Notes under the pieces: generated by a model | Told to the model about the DNA's origin: nothing | The model's input: the letters and a program-made list of their open reading frames with translations, nothing else | Databases searched by the model: none | From: Promethearchaeota archaeon | GTDB lineage: Archaea > Asgardarchaeota > Thorarchaeia > Thorarchaeales > Thorarchaeaceae | Length of the DNA: 64,000 nucleotides | Direction of reading: 5' to 3' | Assembly (NCBI GenBank): GCA_014728035.1 | Contig: WJMJ01000123.1 | Coordinates: 1 to 64,000 of the forward strand | Shown here: positions 1 to 9,718 of the stretch, piece after piece | Layout: each line of letters starts with the position of its first letter | How positions within the stretch are numbered: the first letter of the stretch is position 1 | Program-made: the position numbers and the translations under genes

Positions 1-34
1 AGGAGTTTATATGGAGTGATCTGGAATAGAGATT

Positions 35-125
35 TGGTCTACAGACACAGGATCCCTGACCAGGACCGAGCCAGTTCCAGTACCGTTTCTGGACGGACAA
101 AGCTCGGGTGTCTAAGTTTGTCCAA
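35..125 (+). ncRNA. Candidate structured RNA (nested stems, possible pseudoknots)
   Basis: Complementary segments: 43-48/108-113, 66-71/102-107, 76-80/89-93, 35-39/58-62, 95-101/117-123. TATA-like TTTATAT at 6-12. Strand is tentative. Confidence 0.3.
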
Positions 126-193
126 CTAAAAATGAACGGTCAATGAACGAGGTATTATATTAAATATGTAGAATATTTGCTCAGGCGAACAAC

Positions 194-706
194 ATGACGA
201 ATGATGGTACAATTCCCAATGAAACCAATCACCGTGAAGCTGAGCTTTTTGAGAGTATTTCCCATCCCACAAGGATTGAGATTCTCTATGCTCTTCATGA
301 AGGCTCATTTGGTTTTGCTGCATTAAAGAGAAAGGTTGGCCTTTCAAGTAGTGGTAATCTTCAGCATCATCTTAGCAAGCTCTCAACTCTCGTTATCACT
401 GATACACACGGCGATTATATGCTATCAGATGAGGGAAGAGAAGCTATCTATGCCATTGGATCTGTGCGAAAACGAATTAAACGAAAACAAGGAACTGACC
501 CTCTAATTGTTCTAGTCACTACTCTTGTGTACTATCTTATCCAGATGAATCTCCCCTTCATTACTGGAACTGTAAATCCGATGACTCCTATCAGTGCATT
601 AGTTGGTTCCGTTGCATTTGGACTCATATTCTACTTGGTATTTTCTTACGCAATGAATCGAGCTTTGGATACTATTGAAGATGAGAAGGATTCTATAGCA
701 AATTAG
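194..706 (+). CDS. ArsR-type winged-helix regulator with C-terminal TM helices
   Basis: FESISHPTRIEIL...GNLQHHLSKL...GDYMLS wHTH followed by two hydrophobic segments. Confidence 0.8.
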   Translation: MTNDGTIPNETNHREAELFESISHPTRIEILYALHEGSFGFAALKRKVGLSSSGNLQHHLSKLSTLVITDTHGDYMLSDEGREAIYAIGSVRKRIKRKQGTDPLIVLVTTLVYYLIQMNLPFITGTVNPMTPISALVGSVAFGLIFYLVFSYAMNRALDTIEDEKDSIAN

Positions 707-798
707 TTTGTGAGTTATTTCACCAATCTTGGTATGCTTTGACGCTTTGGATTTCATTGAATACTGATGAATACCGTTCGTCACCCCTAGAAACCTCT

Positions 799-1257
799 CT
801 AACGATTATAGGTATTCAGAGCCTGAGAGAGACTATCTGCCTTGGATTGAGAAACCTCTCCTTTTCCTTTCCAGAATACTTTTCCCTCTCTATCTACCAG
901 AAAAAGATGGATATTTTCTTCATCTGGAATCTCAAGACTCTCAAGAAATGGTTTCTTATCGATATAGAGTGTAATCGTTCTTCGTCTTGTTTCCGTCGAG
1001 GGAATTCCCGATCTCATTCCTCCATCAATGAATCTTCGATAGAGCGGATTCATTTTTCGAATTGTTGGTAATTCGTAATATTCTAGACTTGTATTGTCTT
1101 GAACCAGAGTTTCTAAAAAAGGGACCCACGAATTAACCAGACCTTGGTGCCACCTTTGAAACGCTATGACCACGATGTTGAGTTCACCATCAAAATCTAA
1201 TGGGAGTGTCTTTTTCTCCTTTAATAGATTCTGACCTTTCACTTCTGGAAAATGCAT
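799..1257 (-). CDS. ATP10-like thioredoxin-fold protein
   Basis: FPEVKGQNL, SW, FIDGGMRSGIP, LFLVDREGKVFW pattern typical of the ATP10 family; no CxxC. Confidence 0.6.
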   Translation of the reverse strand: MHFPEVKGQNLLKEKKTLPLDFDGELNIVVIAFQRWHQGLVNSWVPFLETLVQDNTSLEYYELPTIRKMNPLYRRFIDGGMRSGIPSTETRRRTITLYIDKKPFLESLEIPDEENIHLFLVDREGKVFWKGKGEVSQSKADSLSQALNTYNR

Positions 1258-1266
1258 ACGATCACC

Positions 1267-2175
1267 TTATGCGGAAACAGATACTGATTGAATTTGGTTA
1301 TCCCAGTCAAGACCCAATATGTTGTTTGAGAATTTCCAGACTGCTTTACGAAGTTCTTCATTTCCTACTTTCTTTGAAGGTTTCTTCTCTTTCATATCTG
1401 CAAAGTACTTCCCAGTTACTCCATTTACCTCTGGGGAACTTGCTACATAGATTTGGGTTTCCGCTCCGTGTTCAGGGCTTCTTTGAAACGGACTGGTCAG
1501 TTTAAGGAATATTTTCGATCCCAATCCTGCATTGCTCCGACCGAAGTTTGTTCTGACAAATCCAGGATGAACTGCATTTACGGAAATATCGAGTTTTTCA
1601 AGCTTAGTTGCCAATTCTTTAGTTGCCATTATCATCATCAGTTTTGATGTACCATATGCCTTCATTGAACCATAGCTATTACGGTAGAATGGATCATCTA
1701 AATCAACATCACCGAACGAATGGGCTGCAGAGCTCACATTTACGACTCTTGCAGATTCACTCTTTGCTAGAAGTGGTATCAGTTCGTAGGTTAACAAGAG
1801 TGGTGCAAAGTGGTTTAGTGCAATGGTCATCTCGTACCCCTCTGAAGTTTCTTGTCTATCTCCGATGATTGCTCCTGCATTGTTCACCAAAACATCTACT
1901 TTTTCGTATGTGTCTTTGATTTGTTTCGCTACACTTTGCACTTGCTCCATTTCAGAAAGGTCTGCGACAAAAATATCGATATTGGAATTTCCAGTTTGTT
2001 CTACCATTTCGTTTTTGGCGGTTTCTCCTTTTTCTCTACTTCGAACAACCAATGCTAATCTTCCGCCCATCTCTGCTAAAGCAATCGCTGTTTCTTTTCC
2101 TATTCCTGAATTGCTTCCAGTAACAATACAGACTTTTCCAGTCATATCCTCAGAATATTCCATCATATACACCAT
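1267..2175 (-). CDS. Short-chain dehydrogenase/reductase (retinol dehydrogenase-like)
   Basis: TGSNSGIG, NNAG, YGTSK, HPGFVRT. Confidence 0.92.
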   Translation of the reverse strand: MVYMMEYSEDMTGKVCIVTGSNSGIGKETAIALAEMGGRLALVVRSREKGETAKNEMVEQTGNSNIDIFVADLSEMEQVQSVAKQIKDTYEKVDVLVNNAGAIIGDRQETSEGYEMTIALNHFAPLLLTYELIPLLAKSESARVVNVSSAAHSFGDVDLDDPFYRNSYGSMKAYGTSKLMMIMATKELATKLEKLDISVNAVHPGFVRTNFGRSNAGLGSKIFLKLTSPFQRSPEHGAETQIYVASSPEVNGVTGKYFADMKEKKPSKKVGNEELRKAVWKFSNNILGLDWDNQIQSVSVSA

Positions 2176-2189
2176 TTAACAATTGTTAA
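2176..2189. promoter_or_regulatory. Palindromic operator candidate TTAACAATTGTTAA
   Basis: Perfect 14-bp palindrome abutting the SDR start; partial copy TAACAATTG at 2253-2261. Confidence 0.4.
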
Positions 2190-2302
2190 TTATGTTTATA
2201 ATCGTTGCGCTTGTTCCTCAAACAATCCTCTAGGAACAGAATTTTATTCATGTAACAATTGCACGAACCAATAGTCATCTGGTTAACGAGGCTAGTTCCA
2301 AA

Positions 2303-3739
2303 ATGAACAAGTTACACTTTCTATCAGCAACTAGAATTGTTGATGATATTCGAGAGAATAATGTCACAGCTACAGAAATCATCTCAAATCTCCTAAAACG
2401 AATTGATGAGGTGAATCCACGGATCAATGCTATTGTTCACATTGATAGAGAATATCTCCTCTCCCAGGCAAAAGAAATTGATGACACTATTGCCAAAGGA
2501 AATACTATTGGTCCGTTAGCTGGCTTACCCATAACCATCAAGGATAATATAGAAGTAAAAGATATGATAACAACAGGAGGAATTACTGGTAGAAGTAATT
2601 ATGTTCCTACTTTCACTGCACCTGTCGTCAAACGTTTGAAGGATGCTGGAGCTATCATCATCGGAAAGACGAACTGTCCAGCATTCTGTGCGGGATTCGA
2701 AACGAAAAATGAAATCTACGGGTTAACTAGGAATCCCTGGGATTTATCGAAGACTGTCGGTTCTAGTAGTGGTGGTGAAGCCGCAATAATTGCTTCTGGA
2801 GGGTCTTACCTCGGAATTGGTTCTGACTCAGGTGGAAGTATGAGGTGGCCATCTCATTTTTGTGGAATTGCCAGTCTAGTTCCAACTTTTGGAAGAGTTC
2901 CCAGAACAGGAACGATTCCCCCTTACTTTGGATTCTTAGACACAACTCAAATCGGGCCCATGGCTCGATCGGTAAAGGATCTCTCGCTGGTCTTTCCGTA
3001 TATTGTTGGTCCAGATAATTGGGATTCAAGGTGTATGCCAATGCCCATTGAAGATCCAGATGCGATATCTATCAATAATCTATCTATTTCATATTACACT
3101 GATAATGGATTTGTTGAACCTGAAAAACCAATAACACGTGCAATTACCAAAGCAGTTAGTGTTCTTGAGAATTATGATGTTATAGTTGAAGAAAGATATC
3201 CTCTTGCTTCAAGAGAGTTTTTTGATGTTGGCCGCGGATTAAATCGATTTTCTGCAAATATAGACCCAAGCACGGTCCCTGAGATTACTGAATGGGAAGA
3301 ATCTGTAGAGATGTATCCTGACGATATTTTTGGATTTGCAGATTCTTGGCTTGCAAAAGCTAGTGGAGCAAAAGGCAATGAAGCAATGCTTGGTTTGGAA
3401 TTCTATTTTTGGAGTATTAAATGGGATACATATCGGACGAAAATACTTCAATTCATGAAAAATAATGATGCAATAATCTGTCCCATCTCTGCAATTTCTG
3501 CGTTCTCACATGGTGCATCCTCGAAAGATGAATTCAATCCTCTTGATCTACTAAGCTATACTCATCCATATAGCCTCGTGGGATTACCTGCTGTTACTTT
3601 GCGGGGGGGTACGACTGATGATGGACTACCAGTTGGATTTCAGATTATCACCAACTTTGGAAAAGAGAGCTTAGCACTGAAACTTGGAATGCTTCTGGAG
3701 AGCGAGTTCGATTTCGACGACAGCTCATGTCTTTGTTGA
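2303..3739 (+). CDS. Amidase signature family enzyme
   Basis: PITIKDN, GKTN, GSSSGG, GSDSGGSMR (Lys-cisSer-Ser triad). Confidence 0.92.
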   Translation: MNKLHFLSATRIVDDIRENNVTATEIISNLLKRIDEVNPRINAIVHIDREYLLSQAKEIDDTIAKGNTIGPLAGLPITIKDNIEVKDMITTGGITGRSNYVPTFTAPVVKRLKDAGAIIIGKTNCPAFCAGFETKNEIYGLTRNPWDLSKTVGSSSGGEAAIIASGGSYLGIGSDSGGSMRWPSHFCGIASLVPTFGRVPRTGTIPPYFGFLDTTQIGPMARSVKDLSLVFPYIVGPDNWDSRCMPMPIEDPDAISINNLSISYYTDNGFVEPEKPITRAITKAVSVLENYDVIVEERYPLASREFFDVGRGLNRFSANIDPSTVPEITEWEESVEMYPDDIFGFADSWLAKASGAKGNEAMLGLEFYFWSIKWDTYRTKILQFMKNNDAIICPISAISAFSHGASSKDEFNPLDLLSYTHPYSLVGLPAVTLRGGTTDDGLPVGFQIITNFGKESLALKLGMLLESEFDFDDSSCLC

Positions 3740-3980
3740 GTTTGAATTGAAATATCTCCATTTACGGTAACATAGTACTGGAATAATGTAACGAATTAGC
3801 AAACGGAAGCATTATTTCGCTCTATAGATTATCTATTTCCGTTTTGAGGCACTAATATGACTTCTTAATTGTTGTGGGCTATTCTAGTATAAGATAATCA
3901 TCCAATGTAATCTATTATTATTGTTTTATCACATTCCCAATACTCTAGTGTTTTTGATTTGTATTGTTATTGAGGTTTGA

Positions 3981-4531
3981 GTGATGAGTACATCAGGAAT
4001 TGATGCCAATGAGATTATCTTTCTGTTTGAACAGAGTGAGAAACAGAAATCGTTTTCTGGAATTAGAAACAAGTTCGAAGAACTTGATATTCTATTCGAA
4101 TTTAATCCTCTGAATCCTATTAGTTGGAATGCACTAGCTGTAGTCTACATCTTAACTGAACGAATCCAGCAATCAGAGGAAGTAATTTGTTATTCTTTGG
4201 AGCTGGATTCCGGAAATTATTTGACTTGGAGAATCTGGGGAAAATTGTTGCATCACATTGGAAAAAATAGAGAGGCGGAAAATGCATTCGGATGGCATAT
4301 GAACTAAATCCCTCTGATTATATCAGTCTCTATAACCTTACAAGACTAGTGATGCTCCGTAATGCCTATCCACAAGCTTTGGATTACCTTTTTTCCTTAA
4401 TAGAATTGGATTGCTCAAATCAGATATATTGGGATATGATTACTATCTGTCTTAGAGATCGTGACGAGACTTGTCTGGTCTGCGATTTGGATTCTGTTCA
4501 GTGGAATCTTAGTGAGTGTAGTTCGGAATAG
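3981..4531 (+). pseudogene. Frameshifted TPR protein
   Basis: TPR helices continue from ORF 3981-4307 (EAENAF) into ORF 4292-4531 (MAYELNPSD); adding one base near 4290 restores the frame. Confidence 0.65.
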
Positions 4532-5000
4532 TGTGGCTCAAGGTGTTCTCAGCTGACTCATAGTGGTAAAGACTAGGTGTCGTCATTCAAAGGCATCTGA
4601 CAGTCTTCTAGCTTTTTTCACGGTAGTATCAGCTTCTTTTGGTGTTGGTGTGATGCCATCAAATCTCCTTTCTTAATTATCCATGAAAGAAAAATGGTGA
4701 AGCAGAGTCTACATATATTTGGATACTCTCTTCCCTTCAAGCTCAATTTTAATGAATTCTTCCAAGTCTACCAATGATATTTCTTGAACATCTTTTTCAC
4801 AATCCAATACAAACGATTCAAAATGTGATGCATTTTCAAGACAAGATTTGATAGTATTGTCTGATTTTCTTTTCCAGAAATAACCTAAATTCATCATCCA
4901 AGAAAGTGACCTCGTTGAATGTTGTTTAGATATTCTATCATCTATCGAAATAAATGATGTTTATCACGTTGAGTAAATCGAAAGTGTAATAGATTATAAA

Positions 5001-6251
5001 ATGACAATTAGTGATATGGTAATTCTTGTGGTTACATTCTTTTCCTCAATTGCTCCATCCGATCTGAAGGCACAACTCTTATCACATCTAGCTATAGATG
5101 GTGTAGAATTATATTCAGCTGAAGGATACGGAGAACGGTTTACTTCCTATCGTACAGATGGAAAACAGCTGATTATCTTTATCGGGACCGGTGGAACTGA
5201 ACAGGATGTAAAAGGATTTCTTGAGAGTGTAGCTCCTCCTTCGTCTGTATTGTTGTTAAGTCACCCCGGAAATAACTCCCTTCCTGCTTCAATGGAAATA
5301 AGGTCTTTTTTGGAATCAGCAGAGATAGACTCTGAAATACTGCATCTTACATTATCAAGACTTTCCCAACAATTGACTCACTGGGTGGAATTTGAAAAAA
5401 TAATCTCAAACATTCGTAATACTCGGATGGTTACATTTGGGGAATCCTCGTCTTGGTTAATTGCATCACAGATTGATTATGAACGGGTGAAGAAGAATTG
5501 GGGCTTCAAGATTATTCCACAAATTATGGGGTTGGTAAAACCGAAAGGCCGAAATTCATCTCAAGACACCATTGTTTCACACTGTAAAGATTCAGCTGAC
5601 CAGGTTGAGGTTTCTGAGGAAGCTGTATCTGAGGCAATTCAAGTTCAGAAACTTATAGAAAATGTGATTTCACTTTCCAAAATCAATGCAATAACAATTC
5701 AATGTTTTTCTCTCTTTGAGGATACTGGTATCACTGCTTGTCATGCACTTTCAATACTAAACGAAGAAGAAGAACTTGTAGCAGGTTGTGAGGGCGATAT
5801 TCCATCAACCTTTACAATGATGGTAGTTAAGATGCTGACTGGTCAACCATCTTTTATGGCCAATGTTATCTCTGTAAATGAGGAGCATAATACTGCAATT
5901 TTTGCTCATTGCACAATACCACGGAGCATGACAGAAACGCATGACCTCGTCACACATTTCGAAACCGATGCCAGTGTAGCTATTCGTGGGAAACTTCAAC
6001 CTCAGGATGTTACAATTGTGAAAATTGGTGGACTTGGTCTAAGTAACTATTGGATTTCGAAAGGCACAATTCTTGAAAACCTTCAGAATGAGGATGGTTG
6101 CAGAACACAGATTCATGTCAAGATACAACAACCAGTAGATTACTTCCTTAAGAGATCACTTGCTAATCATCATATCATTGTATTAGGAGATCATACAAAA
6201 CGAATCAAATCATTTCTTAAATTTGCTCTACATAAGAATCCTATAGAGTGA
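5001..6251 (+). CDS. L-fucose/L-arabinose isomerase-like protein
   Basis: TGGTE, NSLPASMEI, GCEGDIP, AHCT, CRTQ, NHH motifs. Confidence 0.75.
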   Translation: MTISDMVILVVTFFSSIAPSDLKAQLLSHLAIDGVELYSAEGYGERFTSYRTDGKQLIIFIGTGGTEQDVKGFLESVAPPSSVLLLSHPGNNSLPASMEIRSFLESAEIDSEILHLTLSRLSQQLTHWVEFEKIISNIRNTRMVTFGESSSWLIASQIDYERVKKNWGFKIIPQIMGLVKPKGRNSSQDTIVSHCKDSADQVEVSEEAVSEAIQVQKLIENVISLSKINAITIQCFSLFEDTGITACHALSILNEEEELVAGCEGDIPSTFTMMVVKMLTGQPSFMANVISVNEEHNTAIFAHCTIPRSMTETHDLVTHFETDASVAIRGKLQPQDVTIVKIGGLGLSNYWISKGTILENLQNEDGCRTQIHVKIQQPVDYFLKRSLANHHIIVLGDHTKRIKSFLKFALHKNPIE

Positions 6252-6669
6252 CCGACTGTTCATCGGGCAATTCGTCTTCTTTGATGGGAAGCACTCCTAG
6301 TTCATACATGACGGTTTCATATTGATTTGAAAAAGAACTGAATTCTTCTTGTGAAATAGACTGAGAGAATGCCATCTCCAGTAATTGTTGTAGTTTTCTG
6401 AAATCTTCAACCTCAAATTTGGTGATTATATTCTTCTCTCTTAGTGTATCAAATAATCTTCTTTCATCATCAAGATCAGGGGTCTCTTGTTTGTATTCCA
6501 GAACTCGACTTTGCATGGCTGAAACAAAAGCATCGTAGAAAGCAGCAATCGCATCAGCAACGTTATGCCTTTTCATCCTAACTCTACCACCTCGAACATG
6601 TAACTTTGCCCGAAGCATTAACTCCTCTTGTAACGGAATATCTTCAGGAATCAGTCCAAAGTGTGGCAT
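6241..6669 (-). CDS. Hypothetical helical protein (possibly HEPN-like)
   Basis: Clean 142-aa ORF, MPHFGL...RAKLHVRGG. Confidence 0.6.
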   Translation of the reverse strand: MPHFGLIPEDIPLQEELMLRAKLHVRGGRVRMKRHNVADAIAAFYDAFVSAMQSRVLEYKQETPDLDDERRLFDTLREKNIITKFEVEDFRKLQQLLEMAFSQSISQEEFSSFSNQYETVMYELGVLPIKEDELPDEQSVTL

Positions 6670-6801
6670 AAATATCGTTAATATCTTACTCGTATAATCG
6701 TATTAGTGTGTTGTTATAGTCAAGGGCTTATCTGAAAAGAAGATGAATCTCTAGAAAATCCTTAATTCTCTCTATGTCTAAAGAGCAATCTGGAACTTGG
6801 A

Positions 6802-7503
6802 GTGTTTAAAATGGAATTCTGTTGTAACCATCCTGAGAGAGAAACATCTGTTATCTGTAATCGGTGTGACAGTCCTATTTGTAAAGAATGCCAAATAAGA
6901 ATCAACGGGTTGGTGATTTGTCCTGATTGCGATATGGAATCAGATTCAAAGAAGGAATCACTGTTTTGGGGGATAATTGGTGTGTTGACTTTACTCGCGA
7001 TTAATTCTGCGTCTTATTTTGTATTCTTTTTCACCGGAAATCTTATTCATACCACTCCATTCAATATCACATTAATTGTTGGTTCATCTCTCCTATTCGC
7101 AGCACTAATTCAATTGAGCAATGAATATGATCAAAACCTCTTTGTAATTAGTGGGCTTCTAATATTTCTACATTCACTTTTTTCATTTACAATCCATACA
7201 CCAACAGAGCCCGAATCTCTTTTTCTTGGACTTTCCAGCACGATTCTATACTTTATTGGATTCATAATACTTGGTCGGGCATTCCTAGCTATCTATCCAG
7301 AATCAGCAGATCCAAAACTAACTAGATTATTGGGAAGATATCTTGTATTATTTTCCTTTGCTTGGATCGTCTTAAGCTTCAGCCTGGGACTCGTATATCT
7401 TCTAAGCATAACACTCAGTTTCATCCTGCTTGTCATCGGATATGTATTACTGCTTATTTTCTTCATGAAAGTGTCTGAAGAGAGAAAGCCCATACAAGAA
7501 TAG
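6802..7503 (+). CDS. B-box-like zinc finger fused to multi-pass membrane domain
   Basis: CCNHP..CNRC..ICKEC..CPDC followed by about 6 TM segments. Confidence 0.75.
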   Translation: MFKMEFCCNHPERETSVICNRCDSPICKECQIRINGLVICPDCDMESDSKKESLFWGIIGVLTLLAINSASYFVFFFTGNLIHTTPFNITLIVGSSLLFAALIQLSNEYDQNLFVISGLLIFLHSLFSFTIHTPTEPESLFLGLSSTILYFIGFIILGRAFLAIYPESADPKLTRLLGRYLVLFSFAWIVLSFSLGLVYLLSITLSFILLVIGYVLLLIFFMKVSEERKPIQE

Positions 7504-7690
7504 GTGGATGACTTTTCGGATAGAATGAATAGATTCAGCTCGGAATCTACGAGCCTAACTTTCTTATCAAGGTAGATAGTCTCGGTCATCTCCCCGGGTG
7601 GTCTCTGTTCGTTCTAGTGAACTAACCGTGTGAAGAACATCCTTGTAGTAGAGCCCACGGGATGTGTGGTATCCTACCGATACCACAAAG
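7503..7690. ncRNA. Candidate structured intergenic RNA upstream of uvrB
   Basis: Stems 7507-7512/7585-7590, 7530-7536/7543-7549, 7598-7606/7650-7658 (bulged), 7665-7673/7679-7687; minus-strand TTTATA at 7721-7716. Confidence 0.3.
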
Positions 7691-7733
7691 GTTACTTACA
7701 TACAGCCAAGAGCTGTATAAACCGAGGCAAGAG

Positions 7734-9716
7734 ATGATGGCAGACTTCAAATTAGATGCACCATTCAAACCAACAGGTGATCAACCTCAAGCGATATCAA
7801 AACTGGTAGAAGGGTTGGAGTCCGGCCTTGATCGACAGACCCTATTGGGTGTTACTGGTTCCGGTAAGACCTTCACAGTTGCTAATGTTGTGGAAGCTTA
7901 CAATCGACCTACTCTTGTCATCTCTCACAATAAGACACTGGCAGCTCAACTTGCATCTGAATACAAGAGATACTTTCCTGATGCTGCTATCGAGTATTTT
8001 ACCAGCTACTATGATTACTATCAGCCTGAGGCATATGTTGCAAGTAAGGACATGTATATCGAGAAGGAAACAGATATCAATAGCGAGATAGAGAGGCTAC
8101 GTAATTCTGCCACCATGTCGTTACTGAGCCGTGAGGATGTATTGGTAGTTGCATCAGTTTCCTGTATCTATGGTCTTGGAAATCCGGAGGATTATGGAAA
8201 ACTCTCACTCTTTCTGAATCTTGGTGATACTGTCGATCGAAGAGAGATATTAGAGAAATTAGTTGCAATGCAGTATGAAAGAAACGATATGGAGATTAAA
8301 CCCGGAGTATTTCGTGTCCGCGGCGATGTAATTGATGTTATCCCAGGCTATTCACGTAGTGCATATCGAATCCAGCTTGATGGGGATAAGGTGGAAAGAC
8401 TATCCTATCATCACCCTGTGACCATGTCCCCTCAGGGGCAAGACACTTGGATTCGTATCTATCCTGCTCGGCATCATGTAACTCAACAGGAGAAAGTTCA
8501 GGATGCAATAGAACTCATTGAAAAGGAGATGTTCGAGAGGATTGAGGAGTTTAGAAATCAAGGCAAGCTGGTCGAAGCAGATAGGATTCGAAGAAGAACG
8601 CTCTACGACTTGGAGATGTTACGAGAAACTGGTTTTTGTTCTGGCATTGAGAACTATTCCCGATACATTGATGGTAGAGATGAAGGACAGAAGCCTTACA
8701 CTTTGATGGATTATTTTCCTGATGATTTCTTGATGATAATTGACGAGAGTCATATGACCATTCCTCAGATAACAGGAATGCATCATGGTGATAGAGCAAG
8801 AAAGACTAGTTTAGTTGATTTCGGATTCAGACTGCCATCTGCGTACGATAATCGGCCTCTTAACTTCGAAGAGTTCGAGAAGTACATGAAGCATGTTATT
8901 TTCACCACTGCTACTCCTGGCCCATATGAACAGAAACATAGTGCTCAAATAGTGGAACAGCTTGTTCGTCCTACCGGACTTATCGATCCGGAGATAACAC
9001 TTCGTCCTATTGAGAATCAGATTGATGACTTAATGGGAGAGATAGACATTGTAGTGAAACGAAAAGAACGCGTTCTAGTTACAACCCTCACAAAGAAGAC
9101 AGCTGAGATGCTAACAGAATATCTGGTTGAGAATGGTGTTCGAGCAAGGTATCTCCATTCGGATATCGGTACAGTTGAACGCATTGAGATTATCCGAGAC
9201 CTTCGTCTAGGTAAATTCGATGTGCTAGTTGGTATCAATCTCTTACGAGAGGGGCTGGACTTGCCTGAGGTTTCCCTTGTTGCAATATTAGATGCTGATA
9301 AAGAAGGTTTCTTACGAAGTGAATGGGCACTAATTCAGACCATGGGGAGAGCTGCAAGAAATGTACATGGACACGTCATTCTATATGCTGACCATGTTTC
9401 AAAAGCGATGCGTGCAGCTATTGATGAAACAAACCGAAGACGAGCTTACCAGATCAAATACAATAAGGAACATGGGATTACTCCTGAATCCATAAAGAAA
9501 GATGTTACAGATATCGCTCAAGGCATGCCTTCAAGAGAGGAAGAACTACAAGCTAAACTGAGTGAGTTCGAAGAATCAGAAATTGAAGAGATTCAGGATT
9601 ACATCATTGATTTAGAAGAACAGATGAAAGAAGCAGCTCGGAATCTTGAATTCGAGAAAGCTGCAACCTTACGAGACCAGATTATTGAGTTACGAAAGAA
9701 AATTGAGGTTAAATAG
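7734..9716 (+). CDS. uvrB: Excinuclease ABC subunit B
   Basis: PTGDQP, GVTGSGKT, SYYDYYQPEAY hairpin, DESH, GINLLREGLD, C-terminal UVR domain; start moved from 7662 to ATG 7734/7737. Confidence 0.97.
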   Translation: MMADFKLDAPFKPTGDQPQAISKLVEGLESGLDRQTLLGVTGSGKTFTVANVVEAYNRPTLVISHNKTLAAQLASEYKRYFPDAAIEYFTSYYDYYQPEAYVASKDMYIEKETDINSEIERLRNSATMSLLSREDVLVVASVSCIYGLGNPEDYGKLSLFLNLGDTVDRREILEKLVAMQYERNDMEIKPGVFRVRGDVIDVIPGYSRSAYRIQLDGDKVERLSYHHPVTMSPQGQDTWIRIYPARHHVTQQEKVQDAIELIEKEMFERIEEFRNQGKLVEADRIRRRTLYDLEMLRETGFCSGIENYSRYIDGRDEGQKPYTLMDYFPDDFLMIIDESHMTIPQITGMHHGDRARKTSLVDFGFRLPSAYDNRPLNFEEFEKYMKHVIFTTATPGPYEQKHSAQIVEQLVRPTGLIDPEITLRPIENQIDDLMGEIDIVVKRKERVLVTTLTKKTAEMLTEYLVENGVRARYLHSDIGTVERIEIIRDLRLGKFDVLVGINLLREGLDLPEVSLVAILDADKEGFLRSEWALIQTMGRAARNVHGHVILYADHVSKAMRAAIDETNRRRAYQIKYNKEHGITPESIKKDVTDIAQGMPSREEELQAKLSEFEESEIEEIQDYIIDLEEQMKEAARNLEFEKAATLRDQIIELRKKIEVK

Positions 9717-9718
9717 AC

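Noticed and set aside
7524-7553. ATGA...GA flanked stem as a SECIS element
   Set aside because: Stem too short, no apical AA, and no in-frame TGA candidate in neighbouring genes.
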